Shown here: positions 1-10,620 of the stretch, piece after piece
Position numbering within the stretch: the first letter of the stretch is position 1
How the letters are laid out: every line of letters starts with the position of its first letter
Source of the DNA: an uncultured Acidobacteriota bacterium
GTDB taxonomy: Bacteria; Acidobacteriota; Vicinamibacteria; Fen-336
Length of the DNA: 64,000 nucleotides
NCBI GenBank assembly: GCA_963740655.1
Contig: CAVUFF010000001.1
Coordinates: 23,442 to 87,441, forward strand
Direction of reading: 5' to 3'
Notes under the pieces: model-generated
What the model saw: only the letters and a program-made list of their open reading frames with translations
The model's database searches: none
What the model was told of the DNA's origin: nothing
Translations under genes and position numbers: made by a program

Positions 1-1404
1 GCCTTCGGCCTGGGCCTCGGCCTGGTCGCGGCCCTGGCCGGCTCTCTCGGCTACCTCGCGGGGGGCGGCGGCCGTGTGGGCGCACCGCCGGGCCCTCCTG
101 GCTTCTTCGGCTCGGCTCCTTCGTTTGCCGACGTCGTGGCCCAGGTGAACCCGGCGGTCGTCCACGTGGACGTGATCGAGGACGGCCCGGGCGTGCCCGA
201 CGAGGACGACGTCGACGCGCCGGCGCAGGACGTGCCGCGGCGCGGCGAGGGCTCGGGCTTCATCGTCGACGCGGAGGGCTACATCCTCACCAACCACCAC
301 CTGGTGCCGGGGCCCGGCCGCATCCGCGTGCGCCTCGCCGACCGGCGGGAGCTGCCCGCGCGCCTCGTGGGCTCGGATCCGAGCACCGACCTCGCGCTCC
401 TCAAGCTCGACGCGCGCGGGCTGCCCACGGTTCGGCTCGGCGACTCGGACCACCTGCGCGTCGGCGACTGGGTCTGCGCGATCGGCAACCCGCTCGAGTT
501 CGACCACACGGTCACGGTCGGCGTCGTGTCGTCGCTCGGCCGCAAGATCTGGAACCAGTCCTTCGACGCCTACATCCAGACCGACGCCGCCATCAACCCC
601 GGCAACTCGGGCGGGCCGCTCGTGAACCGCGAGGGCGAGGCGGTCGGGATCAGCGCGGCCGTGAGCAGCGAGGCGCAGGGGATCGGCTTCGCGGTGCCGA
701 TCAACGTGGCGCGCGCGGTGCTCGGCCAGCTGCGCGAGCGCGGCAAGGTCGAGCGCGGCTACCTCGGCATCGAGCTGCACGAGCTCGACCCGGACCTCGC
801 GCGCATGATGGGCCTCTCGGACACGCGCGGCGCGCTCGTGCTCGACGTGCAGCCGGGCGAGCCCGCGGCCAGGGCGGGGCTCAAGCGCTGGGACGTCGTC
901 AAGACCGTGTCGGGCCAGCCGGTGGCGGACGGCGACGAGCTCGTGCGCACGATCTCGGCTCTCAGGCCCGGGACCGAGGTGAGGCTGGGCGTGGTGCGCG
1001 ACGGGCGCGCGCTCGACCTCATGGCGCGGCTCGACGCGCGGGGCGCGGAGGAGGGGCCGATCGGTCCGCCCGCCGCGACGCCCGCGGTGGCGCCGGCGCG
1101 CAAGGGAGACGCGCTCGGGCTCGTGATCGCCAACCTCGCGGCGGCCACCCGGCAGGAGCTGCGTGTGCCTGCCGACCGCGTCGGCGTCGTGGTGCGCGAC
1201 GTGCTCGGCGACGAGCCGGGCGTCGACGACATCGAGGAGGGCGACCTGATCGTCGAGGTCAACCGGCGGCCGACTCCCGACGTCGCGACCTACAAGCGCG
1301 TGCTCGCGGCGCTCGAGCCGGGCGCGCCGGCCTGGCTCTACGTGTTCCGGCCGCGGCCCGCGAGCTCGTTCCTGACGCGCGTCTACGTGGAGCGGCGCCC
1401 TTGA
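1..1404 (+). CDS. HtrA/DegP-family serine protease with two PDZ domains (5' end runs off the window)
   Basis: LTNHH, DLALLK and [13 protein letters not shown] catalytic triad motifs followed by PDZ-like domains. The frame is open to base 1 with a hydrophobic anchor ([14 protein letters not shown]). Confidence 0.93.
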   Translation, partial: AFGLGLGLVAALAGSLGYLAGGGGRVGAPPGPPGFFGSAPSFADVVAQVNPAVVHVDVIEDGPGVPDEDDVDAPAQDVPRRGEGSGFIVDAEGYILTNHHLVPGPGRIRVRLADRRELPARLVGSDPSTDLALLKLDARGLPTVRLGDSDHLRVGDWVCAIGNPLEFDHTVTVGVVSSLGRKIWNQSFDAYIQTDAAINPGNSGGPLVNREGEAVGISAAVSSEAQGIGFAVPINVARAVLGQLRERGKVERGYLGIELHELDPDLARMMGLSDTRGALVLDVQPGEPAARAGLKRWDVVKTVSGQPVADGDELVRTISALRPGTEVRLGVVRDGRALDLMARLDARGAEEGPIGPPAATPAVAPARKGDALGLVIANLAAATRQELRVPADRVGVVVRDVLGDEPGVDDIEEGDLIVEVNRRPTPDVATYKRVLAALEPGAPAWLYVFRPRPASSFLTRVYVERRP

Positions 1405-2765
1405 AGCCTCGCGTGCTGATCATCGACGACGAGGACGCCGTGCGCTCCTCGCTCAAGATGATCTTCGAGTACGAGGGCTACGACACGCTGCAGGCGGCCA
1501 ACGGGCCGGTCGGGCTGAAGCTCGCGGAGCAGGAGGCGCCCGACCTCGTGTTCCTCGACGTGCGCATGCCGCAGCTCGACGGGCTCGACGTGCTGAAGCG
1601 GCTCAAGGAGCGGGACCCGGCGCTGCCCGTCGTGATCCTGTCCGGCCACGGCACCGTCAAGACGGCGGTCGAAGCCGTCAAGCTCGGGGCGTTCGACTTC
1701 ATCGAGAAGCCGCCCGACAGCGAGCGGATCCTGATCGCGGCGCGCAACGCGCTCGGCCACAAGAAGCTCGCCGAGGAGAACCGGAGGCTGCGGCTCGAGT
1801 TCGACGACCGCTACCGGATGGTTGGCGAGAGCCCGGCGCTTTCGAAGGTGTGGGACGCGGTGCGGCGCGCGGCGCCCACGAGCGCGACGGTCCTGATCAC
1901 CGGCGAGAGCGGCGTGGGCAAGGAGCTCGTCGCGCGCGCGATCCACCGCAACTCGCTGCGCGCCGACGAGGCCTTCGTGCAGGTGAACTGCGCGGCGATC
2001 CCGGAGGAGCTGATCGAGAGCGAGCTGTTCGGGCACGAGAAGGGATCGTTCACGGGCGCGACCGAGAAGCAGATCGGCAAGTTCGAGCTGGCGCACCGCG
2101 GCACGATCTTCCTCGACGAGGTGGGCGACATGAGCCTGCGCACGCAGGCCAAGGTGCTGCGCGTGCTGCAGGAGGGCGAGGTCGAGCGCATCGGCTCGCA
2201 GAAGACGATCGAGGTGGACGTGCGCGTGATCGCCGCCACCAACAAGAACCTCGAGGAGGAGATCGCGCGGGACCGCTTCCGCGAGGACCTCTTCTTCCGG
2301 CTGTCGGTCGTGCCGGTCGCGGTTCCGGCGCTGCGCGAGCGGCCGGAGGACATCGCTCCGCTCGTCGAGCACTTCACGCGCCAGTTCCGCTCGGAGAACA
2401 ACGTGCGCCCGCGCGGCTTCACGAAGGAGGCGACGGGCGCGATGGCGCGCCACGCCTGGCGCGGCAACGTGCGCGAGCTCAAGAACGCCGTCGAGCGGCT
2501 CCTGATCATGGTGGAGGACGACGAGGTGCGGCCCGATCACCTCAAGGACGTCCTGCGCCGCCCGGCCGACGAGCCCGCAGCCGCCCCGCCCGCGGCCGCG
2601 ACGCTCCGCGACTTCAAGGAAGGCGCCGAGCGGGCGTTCCTGGTCCAGAAGCTGCGCGAGAGCGGCTGGAACATCTCGGCCACCGCCGCCGCGATCGGCA
2701 CGCCGCGCTCGAACCTCTACAAGAAGCTCGAGGCCTACGGCATCAGCCAGGAGAAGGACGGCTAG
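1401..2765 (+). CDS. Sigma54-dependent NtrC/NtrX-family response regulator
   Basis: Receiver domain (IIDDE, FLDVRMP, KP), AAA+ domain ([28 protein letters not shown]) and Fis-type HTH. Confidence 0.95.
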   Translation: MKPRVLIIDDEDAVRSSLKMIFEYEGYDTLQAANGPVGLKLAEQEAPDLVFLDVRMPQLDGLDVLKRLKERDPALPVVILSGHGTVKTAVEAVKLGAFDFIEKPPDSERILIAARNALGHKKLAEENRRLRLEFDDRYRMVGESPALSKVWDAVRRAAPTSATVLITGESGVGKELVARAIHRNSLRADEAFVQVNCAAIPEELIESELFGHEKGSFTGATEKQIGKFELAHRGTIFLDEVGDMSLRTQAKVLRVLQEGEVERIGSQKTIEVDVRVIAATNKNLEEEIARDRFREDLFFRLSVVPVAVPALRERPEDIAPLVEHFTRQFRSENNVRPRGFTKEATGAMARHAWRGNVRELKNAVERLLIMVEDDEVRPDHLKDVLRRPADEPAAAPPAAATLRDFKEGAERAFLVQKLRESGWNISATAAAIGTPRSNLYKKLEAYGISQEKDG

Positions 2766-2767
2766 AG
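2744..2767 (+). repeat. attL, 24-bp direct repeat CAGCCAGGAGAAGGACGGCTAGAG
   Basis: Exact match to 17096-17119; overlaps the last codons and stop of the regulator gene. Confidence 0.9.
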
Positions 2768-2846
2768 GTAGCTCGCGTAAGTGCCATGCGGAGCATACGG
2801 TTGCTCCTGAGGGGTAGCCACGGATGTTGCCGCTTTTGCTCGGATG

Positions 2847-4000
2847 TTACCAACCGGGGTCGAAGGCCCCCCGCGCTAGGCTGTCCATAGCCCCCGGCGC
2901 GGTCAGGCTGAACCAGCTGCCGTAGACGTCGACGGTCATTTTGACGGAGGCGTGGCCGCCTGCTGCTGCACGTAGACGGGAGAGCAGCCGAGCGGATCAG
3001 CAGAGTGCAGAACGTGTGCCTGAGGCTGTGCGGAGTGAAGTGCGAGGGCAGCTTGCCGATCGCAGGCAGCGCTCCATCGCGCGGCGCACGATCTTGGCGG
3101 CCCGCTGCTCGTCGCGGCTGTAGGCTTCGCGGGAAGCCACGGGAACACGATCGCAAGGGCGAGAGTGCTCGCCGCGTACGGCTGCAAACTCTCCGCGCGA
3201 CGCCGGGCTAGAAGACCCGGAGGAGGTCCACGACGGAAGCGGCGATCTCGACGTTGCGCTCGACGCCGGATTTGGTAGAGGCCGACGTGATCTGCTCGTG
3301 CACACGGAGCGCGTCTTCAAAGTCGCACGAAGCCACTTCGAGTCCGAGCGCTTCACCGAGACGAAGCCCGCAGAGAGCCATCAGGAGGAACGCGGGGCAG
3401 ACGTCGGGCTCCCGCTCGGCGGCGATGGAGAAGAGGCGGTTGCGCTGCTAGAGGTTACATGGCCTTGACGTCTCGGCAGACGGCAGCAGATAGTACGCAT
3501 GTTGAGCCGCCTTGGTGCGGCGCCTTGACGGAACACCCCGAGGGCCGGGTTGCTCGGTGATCACTCGTCTAGAACGGCGAGAGCGAGCACGAGCGAGAGC
3601 ACGGGCGGATCTGCAGCGAGGTGTTCAGCGCGAGGAGCGCTCCGCGGTGTGCAGGTGCGATAGCCTTTCTGTCTCTGGCAGGTTAGTGCTCGGCTGGCGC
3701 TTAGAGATGCAGCAGCGATGCGGATGTAGGAGGGCGTCGATGTCGCGAATGCTTCATAGGGCAGAGAGTCGGGGAGGAGATGATTGATGAAGGATCTGCT
3801 GGTACGATGAGCAGTGCACGGCGCTACTCGTCTCGCTGACGGTAGGCGAGGAAGCGCGGGAGGTAGTGAGAGAGTGATGAACGGGTAGACGACGGGATGG
3901 CGTCTTCTGGGCTTGCGCAAGAGCTGGACTTGGCGTCGTCCGCTCGCTTGGTAAGGTAGAGCTTCACGACACGGCGACTGTGGATGAAGGCGTCCACGAC
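2847..4000 (-). CDS. Tyrosine recombinase/integrase (frameshifted in this sequence; 5' boundary approximate)
   Basis: Manual minus-strand translation across frames gives [15 protein letters not shown] (box I), [18 protein letters not shown] (HxxR) and [15 protein letters not shown] (H...Y). Confidence 0.85.
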
Positions 4001-4919
4001 AGGTGCGCGGCGCTTAGTGACTGGTATATAGATATAGCTGGTTAGAGAGATAGAAGAAATAGGTTGCTAGATGCAGGTAGCGCTTGTGGTTAGAGATGAG
4101 AGATATTTAGAAGTGTAGATAGCTAAGGGAGAGATGCGGTGGTTTGGTTATGGTAGCGCTGAGAGTTAGGTGAGAGTTTGGGGAGATATAAGTGGTTATG
4201 TTGGTGCGGATGGTGAGGTAAGGGAGGAGAGAGGGAGTAATATATAGAGAGAGAGATTGTTAGAGAATGGTGCTAGATAAGCTAAGAGCAAGTTAGAGTG
4301 GGGAGAGGTAGGTGGGAGCTTAGTGATATGTGTGGTGTATTAGTTATAGTATGGGGGAAGAAAGGGAGATTTTATAGAAAGTTTAGCGCATAGAGATAAC
4401 TGCGTTTGATGCTGAGAGCTTGGCTGTGAGGTAAGATAAGAAAGTTGAGGTGCGTGGTTGGTGAGCGAGGAAGTGGGGATAAACAGTGAAGGAGGTTGAG
4501 TGGTGAGCTAGGTGCTAGAGAGTTAGGTGCTGCGCGTGATTGTGCAAGCTTATAGGAGATAGTTAAGGGAGTTGCGAGCGCTAGGTAAGCTGATAGGGTA
4601 TAGAGGTGCTAGCGGTGGGTTTCACTTAGGCAGCGGTATACGCTTTACTCTATTGAGAGCTTGAAAGGAGCGCTGATTTGATGTTAATAATAATGGTATC
4701 AGGGAGCAGGTAAAGCAGAAAAAGGATGTAGGTAGGGGCGCACTACGCTGAGGCATTGGTACTGCTGTTGCAAAACGTAAGTGAATAGCTTACTTTCAAG
4801 GTATGGATATGACACACGGTGAAGTGTTGGGAGGGAGGGGAAAAAAAGAGCAAGGAGATAAAGAAGGAAAAGGTAATGAGCGCAATATGATTTATATGAG
4901 TGCAAAGACAAGGAGGGTA

Positions 4920-5246
4920 AGCACTTGGTGGGGTTAGGAAAACTAAAGGTATAGATCTAAGAGGACAAAGATAGGTGGATAGCTAAGGGATTAGATATAG
5001 ACTACTTCGCGGAGGGCGCGTTCCCTCGAGTCCGCTCAGAAGGCCTTAGAGAAGGGGCTCGCGGCTACAGTGAAGGAACACCTCAAGCTGTACGGCTCCA
5101 TCGAGAAGATGCTGGTTGTCGCTCAGAAGGAAGAGTGGGACGTCTTCTACTAGAACACCGGCGGTTTCCATACGCTCAGCGAGGTCAGCTTTCACGACAT
5201 GCAGCCGACCTTCGATGCGATCGTCTTTCTAGCCAAAGCAGCCTAG
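4920..5246 (+). CDS. HicB-like antitoxin-fold protein (degraded sequence)
   Basis: Traceable peptide WIAKGLDIDYFAEGA-SLESAQKALEKGLAATVKEHLKLYGSIEKML resembles the HicB N-terminal fold; internal stops and one frameshift. Confidence 0.4.
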
Positions 5247-5252
5247 GACGCC

Positions 5253-5507
5253 GTGTCCGACGGCGACGTACCAAAGCAGCATGTCATCAGGGTGTTCGAG
5301 GCCCACGGGGTAAGCTGCTATCCGCAGGCTGAGGATCCCAGCATGACGGTGATCACGGACGGCAAGGGCACGACCGACGCCTATGCTCTCATGGATCCCA
5401 TTGGCCGCCGGATGGTGTGCAAGCTAGCTCACAAGTTCGGTGTTCCGATCCACCTGATCCATAACCCACACCTGCTCCCGCCGCCTCCTGATCGAAAGCG
5501 CCCCTAA
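5253..5507 (+). CDS. Small protein, possibly HicA-like toxin
   Basis: 84 aa with a helix-strands-helix pattern (VIRVFEAHGV...RRMVCKLAHKFGVP); starts 6 bp after the HicB-like ORF. Confidence 0.4.
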   Translation: MSDGDVPKQHVIRVFEAHGVSCYPQAEDPSMTVITDGKGTTDAYALMDPIGRRMVCKLAHKFGVPIHLIHNPHLLPPPPDRKRP

Positions 5508-5652
5508 CTCGCAGCGCTGATCAGCACCCCGAGTTCAGCGCCAAGCGAGCCGACGAACTCGGGCACGAAGTAGACCGCGAGCTCAGAGCCAGCCGAGATC
5601 AGCTTCCCGCTGTCGTCCCGGACGAGCCAGGCACCCGCCGAGCCCCGCGCGC

Positions 5653-6015
5653 TCACCAAGAAAAAGAAGCGCTAGCGGCTTCCGGCAACGGCCCCGCGAC
5701 CGCTCTCGCGACGGGCAGCCTCGGCGGCGCCGGCTTCTCGAGCGGATAGAACTTCAGCACATAGCGCTCGCCGAGCATCGGGCGCGTCGTGCGTCGCCGA
5801 GACCAGCACCAGAAAAAGCGCCTTGAGTCCGCGGTCTCGAGCAGGGCGCCGACATTCCGCACTTGGACCACTCTGCGCGTCGTCTTTACAAGCCGCGCTG
5901 CGCGCTCACGAAAACACGACCGACAGGTTAGCGGCGGCAGCTCGAAGCGCAGGGCGTCGAATTCGAAGCTCGCGCCACAGGTCGCGCAGCGGCTCTCGCG
6001 GAACTCAGTTCTCAT
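5653..6015 (-). CDS. Zinc-ribbon protein (CxxC-x17-CxxC)
   Basis: CATC...CRSC motif at the N-terminus; co-oriented with the element's gene cluster. Confidence 0.5.
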   Translation of the reverse strand: MRTEFRESRCATCGASFEFDALRFELPPLTCRSCFRERAARLVKTTRRVVQVRNVGALLETADSRRFFWCWSRRRTTRPMLGERYVLKFYPLEKPAPPRLPVARAVAGPLPEAASASFSW

Positions 6016-6236
6016 CGGTCAGCGATACGACGGGCGGCGACGAGCAGCGTGCGCGCGGTGTTGTGATGCCGGCGGGTGCGGGCCGCGGAGGAGGCGCCGC
6101 GCGCCTCGGAGATCGAGTGCCACTCGCCGCCGCCCACGGGACGAGCACGTATCGTGACGTGTAGATCCCGCCACGATCATGCGCGCCCCGCTCCGCCTCC
6201 AGGACCGCCGCGAAGGTAGCGGCCTAAGAGAGTCCT

Positions 6237-6845
6237 TCACCGCGACGCACCTTCACGAATGACGCGTCCCGGATCATCCGTCGCCGCCGCGCTCTTTGCG
6301 ATGCGGACGATTCGCTTTGCCAGCTCGTGCGCGCGCGCGACGTGCTCGATTACTTCGGCCTCGGGGCGACCAGCCACAGCGGCACGGATCGCGGCGTGCC
6401 GTTCCTCATATAGCTGCGGCGCGTTCGCATAGATGGTGTTGAGCGCGGCCGCATCGTCGTCGTTGCCGGTCGCGCTCTTCACGAACGCGACGAGCTCGGC
6501 GCAGGCGATGTCGTCGAACAACAGCGCGATTTCGTCCCGCCGCAGCCGCGTGTCGCCCGTCGTATTGCGCACGTGCCGCTCGTAAAGCGCCGCACCGTCG
6601 CCTCGATAGAACTCGTCGCGCGCCTCGCTGCGCAATCGCTTCTCGGTCTCTGCCGCGCAGTGCTCTTCCAAAAACTTCGACGCGGCAGCGTAGCTCGCCT
6701 TGGCATCGGTAGCGCGCTCGAAGAACAGGCGCAGGGCTTCCTTCAAAGGCTTGCCCGGGAAACTCTCCTTGGCCTGCTCTTCGATACCCGAAATGATGCG
6801 GCGGCACGTCTCGGGATCGTGCGGCCGTGCGGAGAGCCCGCTCAT
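6237..6845 (-). CDS. Hypothetical helical protein with repeated A..(F/Y)....LY motif
   Basis: 202-aa ORF with natural composition; ATGA-coupled to the upstream ORF. Confidence 0.6.
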   Translation of the reverse strand: MSGLSARPHDPETCRRIISGIEEQAKESFPGKPLKEALRLFFERATDAKASYAAASKFLEEHCAAETEKRLRSEARDEFYRGDGAALYERHVRNTTGDTRLRRDEIALLFDDIACAELVAFVKSATGNDDDAAALNTIYANAPQLYEERHAAIRAAVAGRPEAEVIEHVARAHELAKRIVRIAKSAAATDDPGRVIREGASR

Positions 6846-7651
6846 GCCGCACCCCCAAGCCGCTGCGCCGCTTCGCGCTTCGCGTGTGCCGCGACGTTCG
6901 CGGCTCTGGCAGCCGCTTCGCGCCGCTCACGAAAGGTCACGAGATGTGCACCGACCAGCGGGCGCCACTCTTCACGAAGTCGGGGCTTCAGCACATTCCG
7001 GCTCACGATGAAATCGGGGGCCAGGCCCGTGAGGCGCCTGCGCTGGAGTTCCTCGCGCAAGTCGAAGGAGACGACAACGTCGGCGATGTCGCCGGTGGCG
7101 GCGAAGACTTCTTGCGCCGCGCTGTAATGCTCTCTGTAGGCATCCACGAAACGGAACACGTGGTCTTGGGACACTTCCCCTGCGTCGAAACGCGCGCGCG
7201 ACTTTGCGAGGGCTGCCGAAAGCTCGTAGCGCCAGGCCTTCATCAGCGCGACCGCGAGCGTCCCCAGCTCCGCCTCGACTTCGGGCAGCAGCCGCGCCAG
7301 GCCGCGAGCCTTCGCGCCGGCGTCGTTCAGCGTGCGCGCCGCGAGGGCCGTGCTCTGGCGCGCGGCGTCTGCGCCGATCTGGTCGCTCTTCGCCAAACAC
7401 ATCTCGCGCGCGTCGGCGAGCCGATCCATCTCGGCCCGCGACTCGGCCACGATGCGCTCGCACTCCGCGTTCGCGTCCCTGGCCTGCCGCACCCTACCCT
7501 CGAGCTCGCGCAGTCGCTGCTCGGCCGCCTCTCGTCCGGTTACTGTCTTCATGTCGTCCATCCTACGAAACCGCCTTGTCCGAGCCGCGTGTCTCCGCGA
7601 CACGAGCGCGCACCTAAACCGCCTCGGCATTCCGTCTACGTGCACGGCCAT
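6842..7651 (-). CDS. Hypothetical coiled-coil protein (true start probably near 7560)
   Basis: A/E/R-rich heptad-like segment (EQRLRELEGRVRQARDANAECERIVAESRAEMDRL). Confidence 0.55.
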   Translation of the reverse strand: MAVHVDGMPRRFRCALVSRRHAARTRRFRRMDDMKTVTGREAAEQRLRELEGRVRQARDANAECERIVAESRAEMDRLADAREMCLAKSDQIGADAARQSTALAARTLNDAGAKARGLARLLPEVEAELGTLAVALMKAWRYELSAALAKSRARFDAGEVSQDHVFRFVDAYREHYSAAQEVFAATGDIADVVVSFDLREELQRRRLTGLAPDFIVSRNVLKPRLREEWRPLVGAHLVTFRERREAAARAANVAAHAKREAAQRLGGAA

Positions 7652-7989
7652 GCTTGCCCGCGCCGTGCGCGTGCGTCCGCGCGCGAGTCAAGCGCTTGTT
7701 TTCGAGATAAGCGCGGAACTCCCGCTCGCGGATCCGCAGCGTGCGAGGCCCGAGATGCGAGGCCCACACCTTCGCGTCCCTCGCGCGCGACCACGACCAT
7801 ATGCGCCTGATCGGCACCTTCGCGATGGCTGCGGCGTCTGGGCCTCGAGCAAGTTCTCGGGCGCCGGCGTTCCCATCGCGGCTCCGAGAGCCGCGAGCCT
7901 GGCGGCGAGCGCGAGCACGAGCGCGCCACGCTCGACCGGCGTCGCGGCGGCGATGAGCGCGTAGAGCGTGGCGAAGGCGTAGTCGCGCA

Positions 7990-9535
7990 TCACCATCCGC
8001 TCGGCCAGCGCTTGCGCGAGAGTTCCGCGTGCGCGAGAAAGGTCCCGCCACTGTCGAGGACGGCGCCTTCGTGGTCGCGCATGTCGTCGGCTTGCTCGTC
8101 AGACGGGCCGCTCAGGTAGTCGGGCGCATATGAGCGCGCCGCGAGTACGCGCCGGCAGCAGCGACACGAGGCCGGCGAGCGCATTGGCGAGGTCGTCGTG
8201 GCTGCCGGGCCGATGGTCCACGCGGTCCTTTCCACTCGGCCCGCGTCTGCGCTCGAGCGCAGCGAAGCTCGCGCAAGTAGGTCGCGGCAGTTCTGGGAAT
8301 CTCGATGCCGGCCGCTTGTATGACGGGCAAGAGGCTCGAGGTAAAGCGCGCTGCGATCGTGCTCGGCGACCCTGTACGTGCGATGCTGCGCTTCCGGAAT
8401 TGCTCGACGCGGCCATTCGCCAGCGAAGCTGATCGCCCGTGACTTCGCGCACGTGATACGAGCGCAAGAGGTCCGCGCATTCGCTCGATGACGCCTTCGA
8501 AGGATTAAACGGCGCTTTCCAGGCGCGACACGCAGTCCGTCACGATCACGTCGCCGGCACGATGCCCAATGGCGCACGTGAACGAATCAGAGCGCCCGCC
8601 GGACGGATCAACGAAGCCGCGATAGGAACCCTCCGCCGCCGGCGGAAGTTCGCGGCGCCGCGTGACGACGCACGCCTGGAGCGCTTCGGGATCGAGCAAC
8701 GTGCGCAGAGGCCCGCGCGGAACTCGCCGAGCACCTCGGAGCGATAGGCCTCGGGATCGTCGCGCTCCATCCGCGCGATGTAGTCGCTCGGCAAGCCGGG
8801 GTTGAGGTCGAGCGCCGACGACTGCACGACAAACGCGGTCGGGTCGGGCTTGCCGAAGTTCTTCCCGAACGTGTCCCATGCCCAACCCGACTGAGCATAG
8901 GGCGAGGTCAACACGAGCAGCGGGCCGCCGGTCGTCGCGAGGCACGGCCAGGCCGCTCTAATCGTTTCGAGGTCGAGCGGACGCCCGTCCGTGCTCGTGA
9001 ACCATGCGGCCTCGTCTACGATCACCATGATCGCGACGAGGCCTCGGAGCGCGGCCGGCCTGCAGGGATAAACGCTGATGCAGACCCCGTTCTTTAGCTC
9101 GAGCGTGTCGCTGGTCCGTCGCACCACGAGGTCCCGAAAGGCGGGCACCGTGTCGAACACTTCGCACACGTAGCCGAACGCTACTCGCGTCGAGGCCCTC
9201 TGATCCTGAGCAATCAGAACGACGTGCTTGCCGCGCGCCGATGGTGGGGCGGTCGCCCCCACGAACGCAGCGAACGTCGTTGCCATGCGCGTCTTGCCAA
9301 CTTGCCGCGCGCAGATCAGCAGTAGCAATTTCAGGAAGCGCTGAAGCAAGGTCGGACGCCCCGTGTGCGCCAGGATCCACTCCGTCTCCCACGGATCGAG
9401 AGGAAGCGCGGCCCACGCCCGGAAGATCGCGATCCAGCCCCGCCACGACGACAGGTCCTTGAAGCAAGGCATGGCGCCCAGCAGCTTCGGGTCGCGAAGT
9501 GCCACGAGGAAGCGCTCGACGGTCGAAGCCTTCAC
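7990..9535 (-). CDS. Terminase large subunit (frameshifted)
   Basis: Walker A ICARQVGKT, Walker B VIVDEAAW and coupling motif LTSP in 8546-9535. RNase H-like nuclease motifs GFVDPSGGRSDSF and DHRPGSHDDLANA lie in adjacent frames. Confidence 0.82.
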
Positions 9536-9753
9536 TGGATCCCCCTATGCGGCATTCCGCTCTCGAACTGCTGCAGCGCTTCCACGAGCTCGACCGCATC
9601 GGCCAGGCGCACCATCTGCTCGTGCGTCACCTCGCGCAGCACGTAGCGCAAGAGCGCCCGCACCTCGTGCTCGTCCCAGATGAGAGCCACGACGCGCAGG
9701 ACTTCCGTGAGCGTGGCAAGCCTCTGCTCGGAGGTCACGAGGTACCTGCGCAT
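9532..9753 (-). CDS. Small helical hypothetical protein coupled to terL
   Basis: 73-aa ORF whose stop overlaps the terL GTG start. Confidence 0.45.
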   Translation of the reverse strand: MRRYLVTSEQRLATLTEVLRVVALIWDEHEVRALLRYVLREVTHEQMVRLADAVELVEALQQFESGMPHRGIQ

Positions 9754-10006
9754 GACGCACTCAACAGGGCACGCTCAGCAAGGCAATTGCAGATTAGCTA
9801 GAATGCCATCTGGCGCGGGTTTAAGCGAGGTACGCACGCCAGCGCAAGCGCACACATGCGCAAGGAATTCGCAGCATTAGCGCGGGCAGAATCACGCGGC
9901 GCTATGAATCAGGCAAATGCGGCAGAGGGTAGCGTTTGAAAGCACCTGGCGTAGAACACTTCGTAGTTCACGACAGGACGCCATTACATCGCTAGACACT
10001 CCACGC

Positions 10007-10620
10007 TCACGCGGCGGCGTTCTGCCATCGCCACACGGCCAATACAGACAGGAACACGTCGAACAACTCGGCCATCTGGTCGACCGGGATGATGCGCACC
10101 TCGACCACATCGCCGGCCACCTTGGGCACGCGGACGATGCAACCCGCGATCGGCCCGTCGATGATTCCCTGCTCGCGGGCCGCGAACTCGTAGGCGGCGA
10201 CTTGTAACCCGGCCTCCGGGTAGATCTGCCCGCGGTTGCTCTTCCAGTCCCCGATCACCCGCAACGGCGTGCCTCGTGCGTGATCTGGCCGATCCAGTCC
10301 GCAGTGCCGCGTAGCCGTAGCGCTCGCTGTAGACCGTGTGCTCGATCGACGTAGCCCACAGGCCCGCCGAACGCCGCCACTACCGCCACGCGGAGAAGGC
10401 GGACCAGACGCGGGGGTCGGTCAGTTCGGGCGACGAACCAGCACCGCCCAGGTCAATCCGCAGCGCGGGCTCGATCAGCGCGTGGATCTGGCTGCCCGTG
10501 TCGCCGCTTCACGCAACGCCTTGACGTGCGCCTTCTCCTGCGGCAGCAGACGCCGGATAGCGCTTCCGACGAAGCCCTACGGCGACAGCGCGCTGAAAGC
10601 TCGGTGTACGCGGTCGCCGC
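10007..10620 (-). CDS. PD-(D/E)xK (RecB/Cas4-like) phage nuclease, frameshifted, 5' end lost
   Basis: Motifs DTGSQIHALIE, EHTVYSERYGYA and VIGDWKS...LQVAAY across frames. Confidence 0.7.

Noticed and set aside
10007-10620. Cas4/CRISPR locus
   Set aside because: No repeat-spacer array or other cas gene in the window; the context is phage-like.
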